64,000 bases of DNA, from positions 27,652,001 through 27,716,000 of the forward strand of contig OZ024744.1 of NCBI GenBank assembly GCA_964016885.1, read 5' to 3'. The first letter of the stretch is position 1. Each line of letters opens with the position of its first letter. The notes beneath the pieces were generated by a model that worked only from the letters and a program-made list of their open reading frames with translations, ran no database searches and was not told where the DNA came from. The stretch is from Eledone cirrhosa. Lineage: Eukaryota. Made by a program: the position numbers and the translations under genes. This document shows, piece by piece, positions 12,000 to 25,100 of the stretch.

Positions 12000-14900
12000 T
12001 GTTGTTGTTGTTGTTGTTGTCGCTGTTATCACTGTTATTGTCACTGTTGTTGTTGTCGCTGTTATAACTGTTATTGTCACTGTTGTTGTTGTCACTGTTA
12101 TCACTCTTATTGTCACTGTTGTTGTTGTTCTCGCTGTTATCACTGTTATTGTCATTGTTGTTGTTGTCGCTGTTATCACTGTTATAGTCACTGTTGCTGT
12201 TGTTGTCGCTGTTATCTCTGTTATTGTCATTGTTGTTGTCGCTGTTATAACTGTTATTGTCATTGTTGTTGTTGTTGCTGTTATAACTGTTACTGTCATT
12301 GTTGTGGTTGTTGTCGCTGTTATCACTGTTATTTTCATTGTTGTTGTTGTCGCTGTTATCACTGTTATTGTCACTGTTGTTGTTGTTGTCGCTGTTATCA
12401 CTGTTATTGTCACTGTTGTTGTTGTTGTCACTGTTATAAATGTTATTGTCACTGTTGTCGTTGTTGTCGCTGTTATCACTGTTATTGTCACTGTTGTTGT
12501 TGTTGTCGCTGTCATAACTGTTCTTTTCACTGTTGTTGTTGTTGTTCTCGCTGTTATCACTGTTATTGTCACTGTTGTTGTCGCTGTTATCACTGTTATT
12601 GTCACTGTTGTTGTTGTTGTTGTTGCTGTTATCACTGTTATTGTCACTGTTGTAGTTGTTGTCGCTGTTATAACTGTTATTGTCACTGTTGTTGTTGTTG
12701 CTGTCGCTGTTATTACTGTTATTTTCATTGTTGTTGTTGTTGTGGCTGTTATCACTGTTATTGTCACTGTTGTTGTCGCTGTTATCACTGTTATTTTCAT
12801 TGTTGTTGTTGTTGTTCTCTCTGTTATCACTGCTATTGTCACTGTTATTGTCACTGTTGTTGTTGTTCTCGCTGTTATAACTGTTATTGTGTCTGTTGTT
12901 GTTGTCGCTGTTATAACTGTTATTGTCATTGTTGTTGTTGTCGCTGCCATCACTGTTATTAATATTGTTGTTGTTGTTGTTGTTGTTCTCGCTGTTATCA
13001 CTGTTATTGTCACTGTTGTTGTTGTTGTCGCTGTTATAACTGTTATTGTCACTGTTGTTGTTGTCGCTGTTATAACTGTTATTGTCACTGTTGTTGTTGT
13101 TGCTGTCGCTGTTATCACTGTTATTGTCACTGTTGTTGTTGTACTCGCTGTTATCACTGTTATTGTCACTGTTGCTGTTATAACTGTTATTGTCATTGTT
13201 GTTGTTGTCGCTGTTATCACTGTTATTAACATTGTTGTTATTATTATTATTAACATCATTGTTATTAACATTGTTGTCACTGTTGTTGTTGTCGCTGTTA
13301 TAACTGTTATTGTCACTGTTGTTGTTGTTGCTGTCGCTGTTATCACTGTTATTGTCACTGTTTTTGTTGTACTCGCTGTTATCACTGTTATTGTCACTGT
13401 TGCTGTTATAACTGTTATTGTCATTGTTGTTGTTGTCGCTGTTATCACTGTTATTAACATTGTTGTTGTTGTTGTTCTCGCTGTTATCACGGTTATTGTC
13501 ACTGTTGTTGTTGTTGTCGCTGTTATAACTGTTATTGTCACTGTTGTTGTTGTCGCTATTATAACTGTTATTGTCACTGTTGTTGTTGTTGCTGTCGCTG
13601 TTATCACTGTTATTGTCACTGTTGTTGTCGCTGTTATCACTGTTATTGTCACTGTTGCTGTTGTTGTCGCTATTATCACTGCTATTGTCATTGTTGTTGT
13701 TGTTGTCGCTGTTATCACTGTGATTGTCATTGTTCTTGTTGTTGTTGTTCTCGCTGTTATCACCGTTATTGTCACTGTTGTTGTCGCTGTTATTGTCACT
13801 GTTGTTATTGGTGTTGTTGCTGTTATCACTGTTATTGTCACTGTTGTTATTGGTGTTGTTGCTGTTATCACTGTTATTGTCACTGTTGTAGTTGTTGTCG
13901 CTGTTATAACTGTTATTGTCACTGTTGTTGTTGTTGCTGTCGCTGTTATCACTGTTATTGTCATTGTTGCTGTTGTACTCGCTGTTATCACTGTTATTGT
14001 TGTTGTTGTAGTGGCTGTTATCACTGTTATTGTTACTGTTGTTGTCGCTGTTATCACTGTTATTTTCATTGTTGTTGTTGTTGTTCTCTCTGTTATCACT
14101 GTTATTGTCATTGTTATTGTCACTGTTGTTGTTGTTCTCGCTGTTATAACTGTTATTGTGAATGTTGTTGTCTCTGTTATAACTGTTATTGTCATTGTTG
14201 TTGTTGTTGTCGCTGTTATCACTGTTATTAACACTGTTGTTGTTGTTCTCGCTGTTATCACTGTTATTGTCACTGTTGTTGTTGTCGCTGTTATAACTGT
14301 TATTGTCACTGTTGTTGTTGCTGTTGTCGCTGTCATAACTCTTATTGTCACTGTTGTTGTTGTCGTTGTTATCACTGGTATTGACACTTGTTGTTGTCGC
14401 TGTTATAACTGTTATTGTCTCTGTTGATGTTGTTGTTGTCGCTGTTATTACTGTTATTGTCACTGTTGTTGTTGTCGCTGTTATAACTCTTATTGTCACT
14501 GTTGTTGTTGTTGTCGTCGTTGTTATCACTGTTATTGTCATTATTGTTGTTGTCGCTGTTATCACTGTTATTGTCATTGTTGTTGTTGTTGTCACTGTTA
14601 TAAATGTTATTGTCACTGTTGTCGTTGTTGTCGCTGTTATCACTGTTATTGTCACTGTTGTTGTTGTTGTCGCTGTTATCACTGTTATTGTCACTGTTGT
14701 TGTCGCTGTTATCACTGTTATTGTCACTGTTGTTATTGTTGTTGCTGTTATCACTGTTATTGTCACTGTTGTAGTTGTCGCTGTTATAACTGTTATTGTC
14801 ACTGTTGTTGTTGTTGCTGTCGCTGTTATCACTGTTATTGTCATTGTTGTTTTTGTTGTGGCTGTTATAACTGTTATTGTCACTGTTGTTGTCGCTGTTA

Positions 14901-17900
14901 TCACTGTTATTTTCATTGTTGTTGTTGTTCTCTCTGTTATCACTGTTATTGTCACTGTTATTGTCACTGTTGTTGTTGTTCTCGCTGTTATAATTGTTAT
15001 TGTGACTGTTGTTGTTGTCGCTGTTATAACTGTTATTGTCATTGTTGTTGTTGTTGTCGCTGTTATCACTGTTATTAACACTGTTGTTGTTGTTGTTCTC
15101 GCTGTTATCACTGTTATTGTCACTGTTGTTGTTGTTGTCGCTGTTATAACTGTTATTGTCACTGTTGTTGTTGCTGTTGTCGCTGTCATAACTCTTATTG
15201 TCACTGTTGTTGTTGTTGTTGTCGTTGTTATCACTGTTATTGTCATTATTTTTTTCTCGCTGTTATCACTGGTATTGACACAGTTGTTGTTGTTGTTGTC
15301 GCTGTTATAACTGTTATTGTCTCTGTTGATGTTGTTGTTGTCGCTGTTATAACTGTTATTGTCTCTGTTGATGTTGTTGTTGTCGCTGTTATAACTGTTA
15401 TTGTAACTGTTGTTGTTGTCGCTGTTATAACTCTTATTGTCACTGTTGTTATTGTTGTCGTCGTTGTTATCACTGTTATTGTCATTATTGTTGTTGTCGC
15501 TGTTATCACTGTTATTGTCATTGTTGTTGTTGTTGTCGCTGTTATCACTGTTATTGTCCCTGTTGTTGTTGTCGCTGTTATAAATGTTATTGTCACTATT
15601 GCTTTTGTTGTTGTCGCTCTTATCACTCTTATTGTCATTGCTGTTGTTGTTCTCGCTGCTATCCCTGTTATTGTCATTGTTGTTGTTGTTGTACTCGCTG
15701 TTATCACTGTTATTGTCATTGTTGTTGTTGTTGTCGCTGTTATCACTGTTATTGTCACTGTTTTTGTTGTTGTCGCTATTATCACTGTTATTGTCACTGT
15801 TGTTTTTGTTGTTGTCGCTGTTATCACTGTTATTTTCATTGTTTTTATTGTTGTTCTCGCATTTATCACTGTTATTGTCAGTGTTGTTGTTCTTGTTCTC
15901 GCTGTTATCACTGTCGTCGTCACTGTTGTTGTTGTTGTCGCTGTTATAACTGTTATTGTGACTGTTGTTGTTGTTGTTGTTGTCGCTGTTATAACTGTTA
16001 TTGTCATTGTTGTTGTTGTCGCTGTTATCACTGTTATTGACACTGTTGTTGCTGTTGTTCTCGCTGTTATCACTGTTATTGTCACTGTTGTTGTTGTTCT
16101 CGCTGTTACCACTGTTATTGTCAATGTTGTTCTTGTTGTCGCTGTTATAACTGTTATTGTCACTGTTGTTGTTGTTCTCGCTGTTATAACTCTTATTGTC
16201 ACTGTTGTTGTTGTTGTTGTCGTTGTTATCACTGTTATTGTCATTGTTGTTGTTGTTGTTGTTGTTGTCGCTGTTATCACTGTTATTGTCACTGTTGTTG
16301 TTGTCGCTGTTATAACTGTTATTGTCACTGTTGTTGTTGTTGTCACTGTTATCTCTCTTATTGTCACTGTTGTTGTTCTCGCTGTTATCACTGTTATTGT
16401 CATTGTTGTTGTTGTCGCTGTTATCACTGTTATTGTCACTGTTGCTGTTGTTGTCGCTGTTATCTCTGTTATTGTCATTGTTGTTGTCGCTGTTATAACT
16501 GTTATTGTCATTGTTGTTGTTGTTGTTGTTGCTGTTATAACTGTTACTGTCATTGTTGTTGTTGTTGTCGCTGTTATCACTGTTATTTTCATTGTTGTTG
16601 TTGTCGCTGTTATCACTGTTATTGTCACTGTTGTTGTTGTTGTTGTCGCTGTTATCACTGTTATTGTCACTGTTGTTGTTGTCACTGTTATAAATGATAT
16701 TGTCACTGTTGTCGTTGTTGTCGCTGTTATCACTGTTATTGTCACTGTTGTTGTTGTTGTTGTCGCTGTCATAACTGTTCTTTTCACTGTTGTTGTTGTT
16801 GTTCTCGCTGTTATCACTGTTATTGTCACTGTTGTTGTCGCTGTTATCACTGTTATTGTCACTGTTGTTATTGTTGTTGTTGCTGTTATCACTGTTATTG
16901 TCACTGTTGTAGTTGTTGTCGCTGTTATAACTGTTATTGTCACTGTTGTTGTTGTTGCTGTCGCTGTTATTACTGTTATTGTCATTGTTGTTGTTGTTGT
17001 GGCTGTTATCACTGTTGTTGTCGCTGTTATCACTGTTATTTTCATTGTTGTTGTTGTTGTTCTCTCTGTTATCACTGTTATTGTCACTGTTATTGTCACT
17101 GTTGTTGTTGTTCTCGCTGTTATAACTGTTATTGTCATTGTTGTTGTTGTCGCTGTTATCACTGTTATTAACATTGTTGTTGTTGTTGTTCTCGCTGTTA
17201 TCACTGTTATTGTCACTGTTGTTGTTGTTGTTGCTGTTATAACTGTTATTGTCACTGTTGTGGTTGTCGCTGTTATCACTGTTATTGTCACTGTTGTTGC
17301 TGTCGCTGTTATCACTGTTATTGTCACTGTTGCTGTTGTTGTCGCTGTTATCACTGCTATTGTCGTTGTTGTTGTTGTTGTCGCTGTTATCACTGTGATT
17401 GTCATTGTTCTTGTTGTTGTTGTTCTCGCTGTTATCACCGTTATTGTCACTGTTGTTGTCGCTGTTATCACTGTTATTGTCACTGTTGTTATTGTTGTGG
17501 TTGCTGTTATCACTGTTATTGTCACTGTTGTTATTGGTGTTGTTGCTGTTATCACTGTTATTGTCACTGTTGTAGTTGTTGTCGCTGTTATAACTGTTAT
17601 TGTCACGGTTGTTGTTGTTGCTGTCGGTGTTATCACTGTTATTGTCATTGTTGCTGTTGTACTCGCTGTTATCACTGTTATTGTTGTTGTTGTAGTGGCT
17701 GTTATCACTGTTATTGTTACTGTTGTTGTCGCTGTTATCACTGTTATTTTCATTGTTGTTGTTGTTGTTCTCTCTGTTATCACTGTTATTATCATTGTTA
17801 TTGTCACTGTTGTTGTTGTTCTCGCTGTTATAACTGTTATTGTGACTGTTGTTGTCTCTGTTATAACTGTTATTGTCATTGTTGTTGTTGTTGTCGCTGT

Positions 17901-20900
17901 TATCACTGTTATTAACACTGTTGTTGTTGTTCTCGCTGTTATCACTGTTATTGTCACTGTTGTTGTTGTCGCTGTTATAACTGTTATTGTCACTGTTGTT
18001 GTTGCTGTTGTCGCTGTCATAACTCTTATTGTCACTGTTGTTGTTGTCGTTGTTATCACGGTTATTGTCATTATTGTTGTTCCCGCTGTTATCACTGGTA
18101 TTGACACTGTTGTTGTTGTCGCTGTTATAACTGTTATTGTCTCTGTTGAAGTTGTTGTTGTCGCTGTTATAACTGTTATTGTCACTGTTGTTGTTGTCGC
18201 TGTTATAACTCTTATTGTCACTGTTGTTGTTGTTGTCGTCGTTGTTATCACCGTTATTGTCATTATTGTTGTTGTCGCTGTTATCACAGTTATTGTCATT
18301 GTTGTTGTTGTTGTCACTGTTATAAATGTTATTGTCACTGTTGTCGTTGTTGTCGCTGTTATCACTGTTATTGTCACTGTTGTTGTTGTCGCTGTCATAA
18401 CTGTTCTTTTCACTGTTGTTGTTGTTGTTCTCGCTGTTATCACTGTTATTGTCACTGTTGTTGTCGCTGTTATCACTGTTATTGTCACTGTTGTAGTTGT
18501 TGTCGCTGTTATAACTGTTATTGTCACTGTTGTTGTTGTTGCTGTCGCTGTTATCACTGTTATTGTCATTGTTGTTGTTGTTGTGGCTGTTATCACTGTT
18601 ATTGTCACTGTTGTTGTCGCTGTTATCACTGTTATTTTCATTGTTGTTGTTGTTCTCTCTGTTATCACTGCTATTGTCACTGTTGTTGTTGTTCTCGCTG
18701 TTATAATTGTTATTGTGACTGTTGTTGTTGTCACTGTTATAACTGTTATTGTCATTGTTGTTGTTGTTGTCGCTGTTATCACTGTTATTAACACTGTTGT
18801 TGTTGTTGTTGTTCTCGCTGTTATCACTGTTATTGTCACTGTTGTTGTTGTTGTCGCTGTTATAACTGTTATTGTCACTGTTGTTGTTGCTGTTGTCGCT
18901 GTCATAACTCTTATTGTCACTGTTGTTGTTGTCGTTGTTATCACTGTTATTGTCATTATTTTGTTCTCGCTGTTATCACTGGTATTGACACAGTTGTTGT
19001 TGTTGTTGTCGCTGTTATAACTGTTATTGTCTCTGTTGATGTTGTTGTTGTCGCTGTTATAACTGTTATTGTAACTGTTGTTGTTGTCGCTGTTATAACT
19101 CTTATTGTCACTGTTGTTATTGTTGTCGTCGTTGTTATCACTGTTATTGTCATTATTGTTGTTGTTGTTGTTGTTGTCGCTGTTATCACTGTTATTGTCA
19201 CTGTTGTTGTTGTCGCTGTTATAACTGTTATTGTCACTGTTGTTGTTGTCACTGTTATCACTCTTATTGTCACTGTTGTTGTTGTTCTCGCTGTTATCAC
19301 TGTTATTGTCATTGTTGTTGTTGTCGCTGTTATCACTGTTATAGTCACTGTTGCTGTTGTTGTCGCTGTTATCTCTGTTATTGTCATTGTTGTTGTCGCT
19401 GTTATAACTGTTATTGTCATTGTTGTTGTTGTTGCTGTTATAACTGTTACTGTCATTGTTGTGGTTGTTGTCGCTGTTATCACTGTTATTTTCATTGTTG
19501 TTGTCGCTGTTATCACTGTTATTGTCACTGTTGTTGTTGTTGTCGCTGTTATCACTGTTATTGTCACTGTTGTTGTTGTTGTCACTGTTATAAATGTTAT
19601 TGTCACTGTTGTCGTTGTTGTCGCTGTTATCACTGTTATTGTCACTGTTGTTGTTGTTGTCGCTGTCATAACTGTTCTTTTCACTGTTGTTGTTGTTGTT
19701 CTCGCTGTTATCACTGTTATTGTCACTGTTGTTGTCGCTGTTATCACTGTTATTGTCACTGTTGTTGTTGTTGTTGTTGCTGTTATCACTGTTATTGTCA
19801 CTGTTGTAGTTGTTGTCGCTGTTATAACTGTTATTGTCACTGTTGTTGTTGTTGCTGTCGCTGTTATTACTGTTATTTTCATTGTTGTTGTTGTTGTGGC
19901 TGTTATCACTGTTATTGTCACTGTTGTTGTCGCTGTTATCACTGTTATTTTCATTGTTGTTGTTGTTGTTCTCTCTGTTATCACTGCTATTGTCACTGTT
20001 ATTGTCACTGTTGTTGTTGTTCTCGCTGTTATAACTGTTATTGTGTCTGTTGTTGTTGTCGCTGTTATAACTGTTATTGTCATTGTTGTTGTTGTCGCTG
20101 TTATCACTGTTATTAATATTGTTGTTGTTGTTGTTGTTCTCGCTGTTATCACTGTTATTGTCACTGTTGTTGTTGTTGTCGCTGTTATAACTGTTATTGT
20201 CACTGTTGTTGTTGTCGCTGTTATCACTGTTATTGTCACTGTTGTTGTTGTACTCGCTGTTATCACTGTTATTGTCACTGTTGCTGTTATAACTGTTATT
20301 GTCATTGTTGTTGTTGTCGCTGTTATCTCTGTTATTAACATTGTTGTTATTATTATTATTAACATCATTGTTATTAACATTGTTGTCACTGTTGTTGTTG
20401 TCGCTGTTATAACTGTTATTGTCACTGTTGTTGTTGTTGCTGTCGCTGTTATCACTGTTATTGTCACTGTTTTTGTTGTACTCGCTGTTATCACTGTTAT
20501 TGTCACTGTTGCTGTTATAACTGTTATTGTCATTGTTGTTGTTGTCGCTGTTATCACTGTTATTAACATTGTTGTTGTTGTTGTTCTCGCTGTTATCACG
20601 GTTATTGTCACTGTTGTTGTTGTTGTCGCTGTTATAACTGTTATTGTCACTGTTGTTGTTGTCGCTGTTATAACTGTTATTGTCACTGTTGTTGTTGTTG
20701 CTGTCGCTGTTATCACTGTTATTGTCACTGTTGTTGTTGTCGCTGTTATCACTGTTATTGTCACTGTTGCTGTTGTTGTCGCTGTTATCACTGCTATTGT
20801 CATTGTTGTTGTTGTTGTCGCTGTTATCACTGTGATTGTCATTGTTCTTGTTGTTGTTGTTCTCGCTGTTATCACCGTTATTGTCACTGTTGTTGTCGCT

Positions 20901-23900
20901 GTTATTGTCACTGTTGTTATTGGTGTTGTTGCTGTTATCACTGTTATTGTCACTGTTGTTATTGGTGTTGTTGCTGTTATCACTGTTATTGTCACTGTTG
21001 TAGTTGTTGTCGCTGTTATAACTGTTATTGTCACTGTTGTTGTTGTTGCTGTCGCTGTTATCACTGTTATTGTTATTGTTGCTGTTGTACTCGCTGTTAT
21101 CACTGTTATTGTTGTTGTTGTAGTGGCTGTTATCACTGTTATTGTTACTGTTGTTGTCGCTGTTATCACTGTTATTTTCATTGTTGTTGTTGTTGTTCTC
21201 TCTGTTATCACTGTTATTGTCATTGTTATTGTCACTGTTGTTGTTGTTCTCGCTGTTATAACTGTTATTGTGAATGTTGTTGTCTCTGTTATAACTGTTA
21301 TTGTCATTGCTGTTGTTGTTGTCGCTGTTATCACTGTTATTAACACTGTTGTTGTTGTTCTCGCTGTTATCACTGTTATTGTCACTGTTGTTGTTGTCGC
21401 TGTTATAACTGTTATTGTCACTGTTGTTGTTGCTGTTGTCGCTGTCATAACTCTTATTGTCACTGTTGTTGTTGTTGTCGTCGTTGTTATCACTGTTATT
21501 GTCATTATTGTTGTTGTCGCTGTTATCACTGTTATTGTCATTGTTGTTGTTGTTGTCACTGTTATAAATGTTATTGTCACTGTTGTCGTTGTTGTCGCTG
21601 TTATCACTGTTATTGTCACTGTTGTTGTTGTTGTCACTGTTATCACTGTTATTGTCACTGTTGTTGTCGCTGTTATCACTGTTATTGTCACTGTTGTTAT
21701 TGTTGTTGTTGCTGTTATCACTGTTATTGTCACTGTTGTAGTTGTCGCTGTTATAACTGTTATTGTCACTGTTGTTGTTGTTGCTGTCGCTGTTATCACT
21801 GTTATTGTCATTGTTGTTTTTGTTGTGGCTGTTATAACTGTTATTGTCACTGTTGTTGTCGCTGTTATCACTGTTATTTTCATTGTTGTTGTTGTTCTCT
21901 CTGTTATCACTGTTATTGTCACTGTTATTGTCACTGTTGTTGTTGTTCTCGCTGTTATAATTGTTATTGTGACTGTTGTTGTTGTCACTGTTATAACTGT
22001 TATTGTCATTGTAGTTGTTGTTGTCGCTGTTATCACTGTTATTAACACTGTTGTTGTTGTTCTCGCTGTTATCACTGTTCTTGTCACTGTTGTTGTTGTT
22101 GTCGCTGTTATAACTGTTATTGTCACTGTTGTTGTTGCTGTTGTCGCTGTCATAACTCTTATTGTCACTGTTGTTGTTGTTGTTGTCGTTGTTATCACTG
22201 TTATTGTCATTATTTTGTTCTCGCTGTTATCACTGGTATTGACACAGTTGTTGTTGTTGTCGCTGTTATAACTGTTATTGTCTCTGTTGATGTTGTTGTT
22301 GTCGCTGTTATAACTGTTATTGTAACTGTTGTTGTTGTCGCTGTTATAAATCTTATTGTCACTGTTGTTATTGTTGTCGTCGTTGTTATCACTGTTATTG
22401 TCATTATTGTTGTTGTCGCTGTTATCACTGTTATTGTCATTGTTGTTGTTGTTGTCGCTGTTATCACTGTTATTGTCCCTGTTGTTGTTGTCGCTGTTAT
22501 AAATGTTATTGTCACTATTGCTTTTGTTGTTGTCGCTCTTATCACTCTTATTGTCATTGCTGTTGTTGTTCTCGCTGCTATCCCTGTTATTGTCATTGTT
22601 GTTGTTGTTGTACTCGCTGTTATCACTGTTATTGTCATTGTTGTTGTTGTTGTCGCTGTTATCACTGTTATTGTCACTGTTTTTGTTGTTGTCGCTATTA
22701 TCACTGTTATTGTCACTGTAGTTTTTGTTGTTGTCGCTGTTATCACTGTTATTTTCATTGTTTTTATTGTTGTTCTCGCATTTATCACTGTTATTGTCAG
22801 TGTTGTTGTTCTTGTTCTCGCTGTTATCACTGTCGTCGTCACTGTTGTTGTTGTTGTCGCTGTTATAACTGTTATTGTGACTGTTGTTGTTGTTGTTGTT
22901 GTCGCTGTTATAACTGTTATTGTCATTGTTGTTGTTGTCGCTGTTATCACTGTTATTGACACTGTTGTTGCTGTTGTTCTCGCTGTTATCACTGTTATTG
23001 TCACTGTTGTTGTTGTTCTCGCTGTTACCACTGTTATTGTCAATGTTGTTGTTGTTGTCGCTGTTATAACTGTTATTGTCACTGTTGTTGTTGTTGTCGC
23101 TGTTATAACTCTTATTGTCACTGTTGTTGTTGTTGTTGTCGTTGTTATCACTGTTATTGTCATTGTTGTTGTTGTTGTTGTTGTTGTCGCTGTTATCACT
23201 GTTATTGTCACTGTTGTTGTTGTCGCTGTTATCACTGTTATTGTCACTGTTGTTGTTGTCGCTGTTATAACTGTTATTGTCACTGTTGTTGATGTTGTCA
23301 CTGTTATCACTCTTATTGTCACTGTTGTTGTTCTCGCTGTTATCACTGTTATTGTCATTGTTGTTGTTGTCGCTGTTATCACTGTTATTGTCACTGTTGC
23401 TGTTGTTGTCGCTGTTATCTCTGTTATTGTCATTGTTGTTGTCGCTGTTATAACTGTTATTGTCATTGTTGTTGTTGTTGTTGCTGTTATAACTGTTACT
23501 GTCATTGTTGTTGTTGTTGTCGCTGTTATCACTGTTATTTTCATTGTTGTTGTTGTCGCTGTTATCACTGTTATTGTCACTGTTGTTGTTGTTGTTGTTG
23601 TTGTCGCTATTATCACTGTTATTGTCACTGTTGTTGTTGTTGTCACTGTTATAAATGTTATTGTCACTGTTGTCGTTGTTGTCGATGTTATCAATGTTAT
23701 TGTCACTGTTGTTGTTGTTGTTGTCGCTGTCATAACTGTTCTTTTCACTGTTGTTGTTGTTGTTCTCGCTGTTATCACTGTTATTGTCACTGTTGTTGTC
23801 GCTGTTATCACTGTTATTGTCACTGTTGTTATTGTTGTTGTTGCTGTTATCACTGTTATTGTCACTGTTGTAGTTGTTGTCGCTGTTATCACTGTTATTG

Positions 23901-25100
23901 TCACTGTTCTTGTTGTTGCTGTCGCTGTTATTACTGTTATTGTCATTGTTGTTGTTGTTGTGGCTGTTATCACTGTTGTTGTCGCTGTTATCACTGTTAT
24001 TTTCATTGTTGTTGTTGTTGTTCTCTCTGTTATCACTGTTATTGTCACTGTTATTGTCACTGTTGTTGTTGTTCTCGCTGTTATAACTGTTATTGTCATT
24101 GTTGTTGTTGTCGCTGTTATCACTGTTATTAACATTGTTGTTGTTGTTGTTCTCGCTGTTATCACTGTTATTGTCACTGTTGTTGTTGTTGTCGCCGTTA
24201 TAACTGTTATTGTCACTGTTGTGGTTGTCGATGTTATCACTGTTATTGTCACTTTTGTTGTTGTCGCTGTTATCACCGTTATTGTCACTGTTGCTGTTGT
24301 TGTCGCTGTTATCACTGCTATTGTCGTTGTTGTTGTTGTTGTCGCTGTTATCACTGTGATTGTCATTGTTCTTGTTGTTGTTCTCGCTGTTATCACCGTT
24401 ATTGTCACTGTTGTTGTCGCTGTTATCACTGTTATTGTCACTGTTGTTATTGTTGTGGTTGCTGTTATCACTGTTATTGTCACTGTTGTAGTTGTTGTCG
24501 CTGTTATAACTGTTATTCTCACTGTTGTTGTTGTTGCTGTCGCTGTTATCACTGTTATTGTCATTGTTGCTGTTGTACTCGCTGTTATCACTGTTATTGT
24601 TGTTTTTGTAGTGGCTGTTATCACTGTTATTGTTACTGTTGTTGTTGTTGCTGTCGCTGTTATTACTGTTATTGTCATTGTTGTTGTTGTTGTGGCTGTT
24701 ATCACTGTTGTTGTCGCTCTTATCACTGTTATTTTCATTGTTGTTGTTGTTGTTCTCTATGTTATCACTGTTATTGTCATTGTTATTGTCACTGTTGTTG
24801 TTGTTCTCGCTGTTATAACTGTTATTGTCATTGTTGTTGTTGTTGTCGCTGTTATCACTGTTATTAACACTGTTGTTGTTGTTCTCGCTGTTATCACTGT
24901 TATTGTCACTGTTGTTGTTGTCGCTGTTATAACTGTTATTGTCACTGTTGTTGTTGCTGTTGTCGCTGTCATAACTCTTATTGTCACTGTTGTTGTTGTT
25001 GTCGTTGTTATCACTGTTATTGTCATTATTGTTGTTCTCGCTGTTATCACTGGTATTGACACTGTTGTTGTTGTTGTCGCTGTTATAACTGTTATTGTCT
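12000..25100. repeat. ~7 kb duplicated block (about 12.0-18.1 kb versus 19.15-25.1 kb)
   Basis: Shared rare markers: atagtc 12184/19341, ATT/AAC island 13225/20334, gtgaat 14158/21270, -1 lesion 15251/22215, gtttttatt 15841/22760. Confidence 0.85.
13225..13275. repeat. Aberrant ATT/AAC-rich island; identical second copy at 20334-20384
   Basis: Sequence attaacattgttgttattattattattaacatcattgttattaacattgtt, which stays in triplet phase. Confidence 0.9.

Noticed and set aside
5515-14427. Plus-strand Val/Ile/Thr ORFs up to 2970 aa
   Set aside because: RYY triplets cannot easily mutate to stops, and thousands of uninterrupted hydrophobic residues are implausible as a protein.
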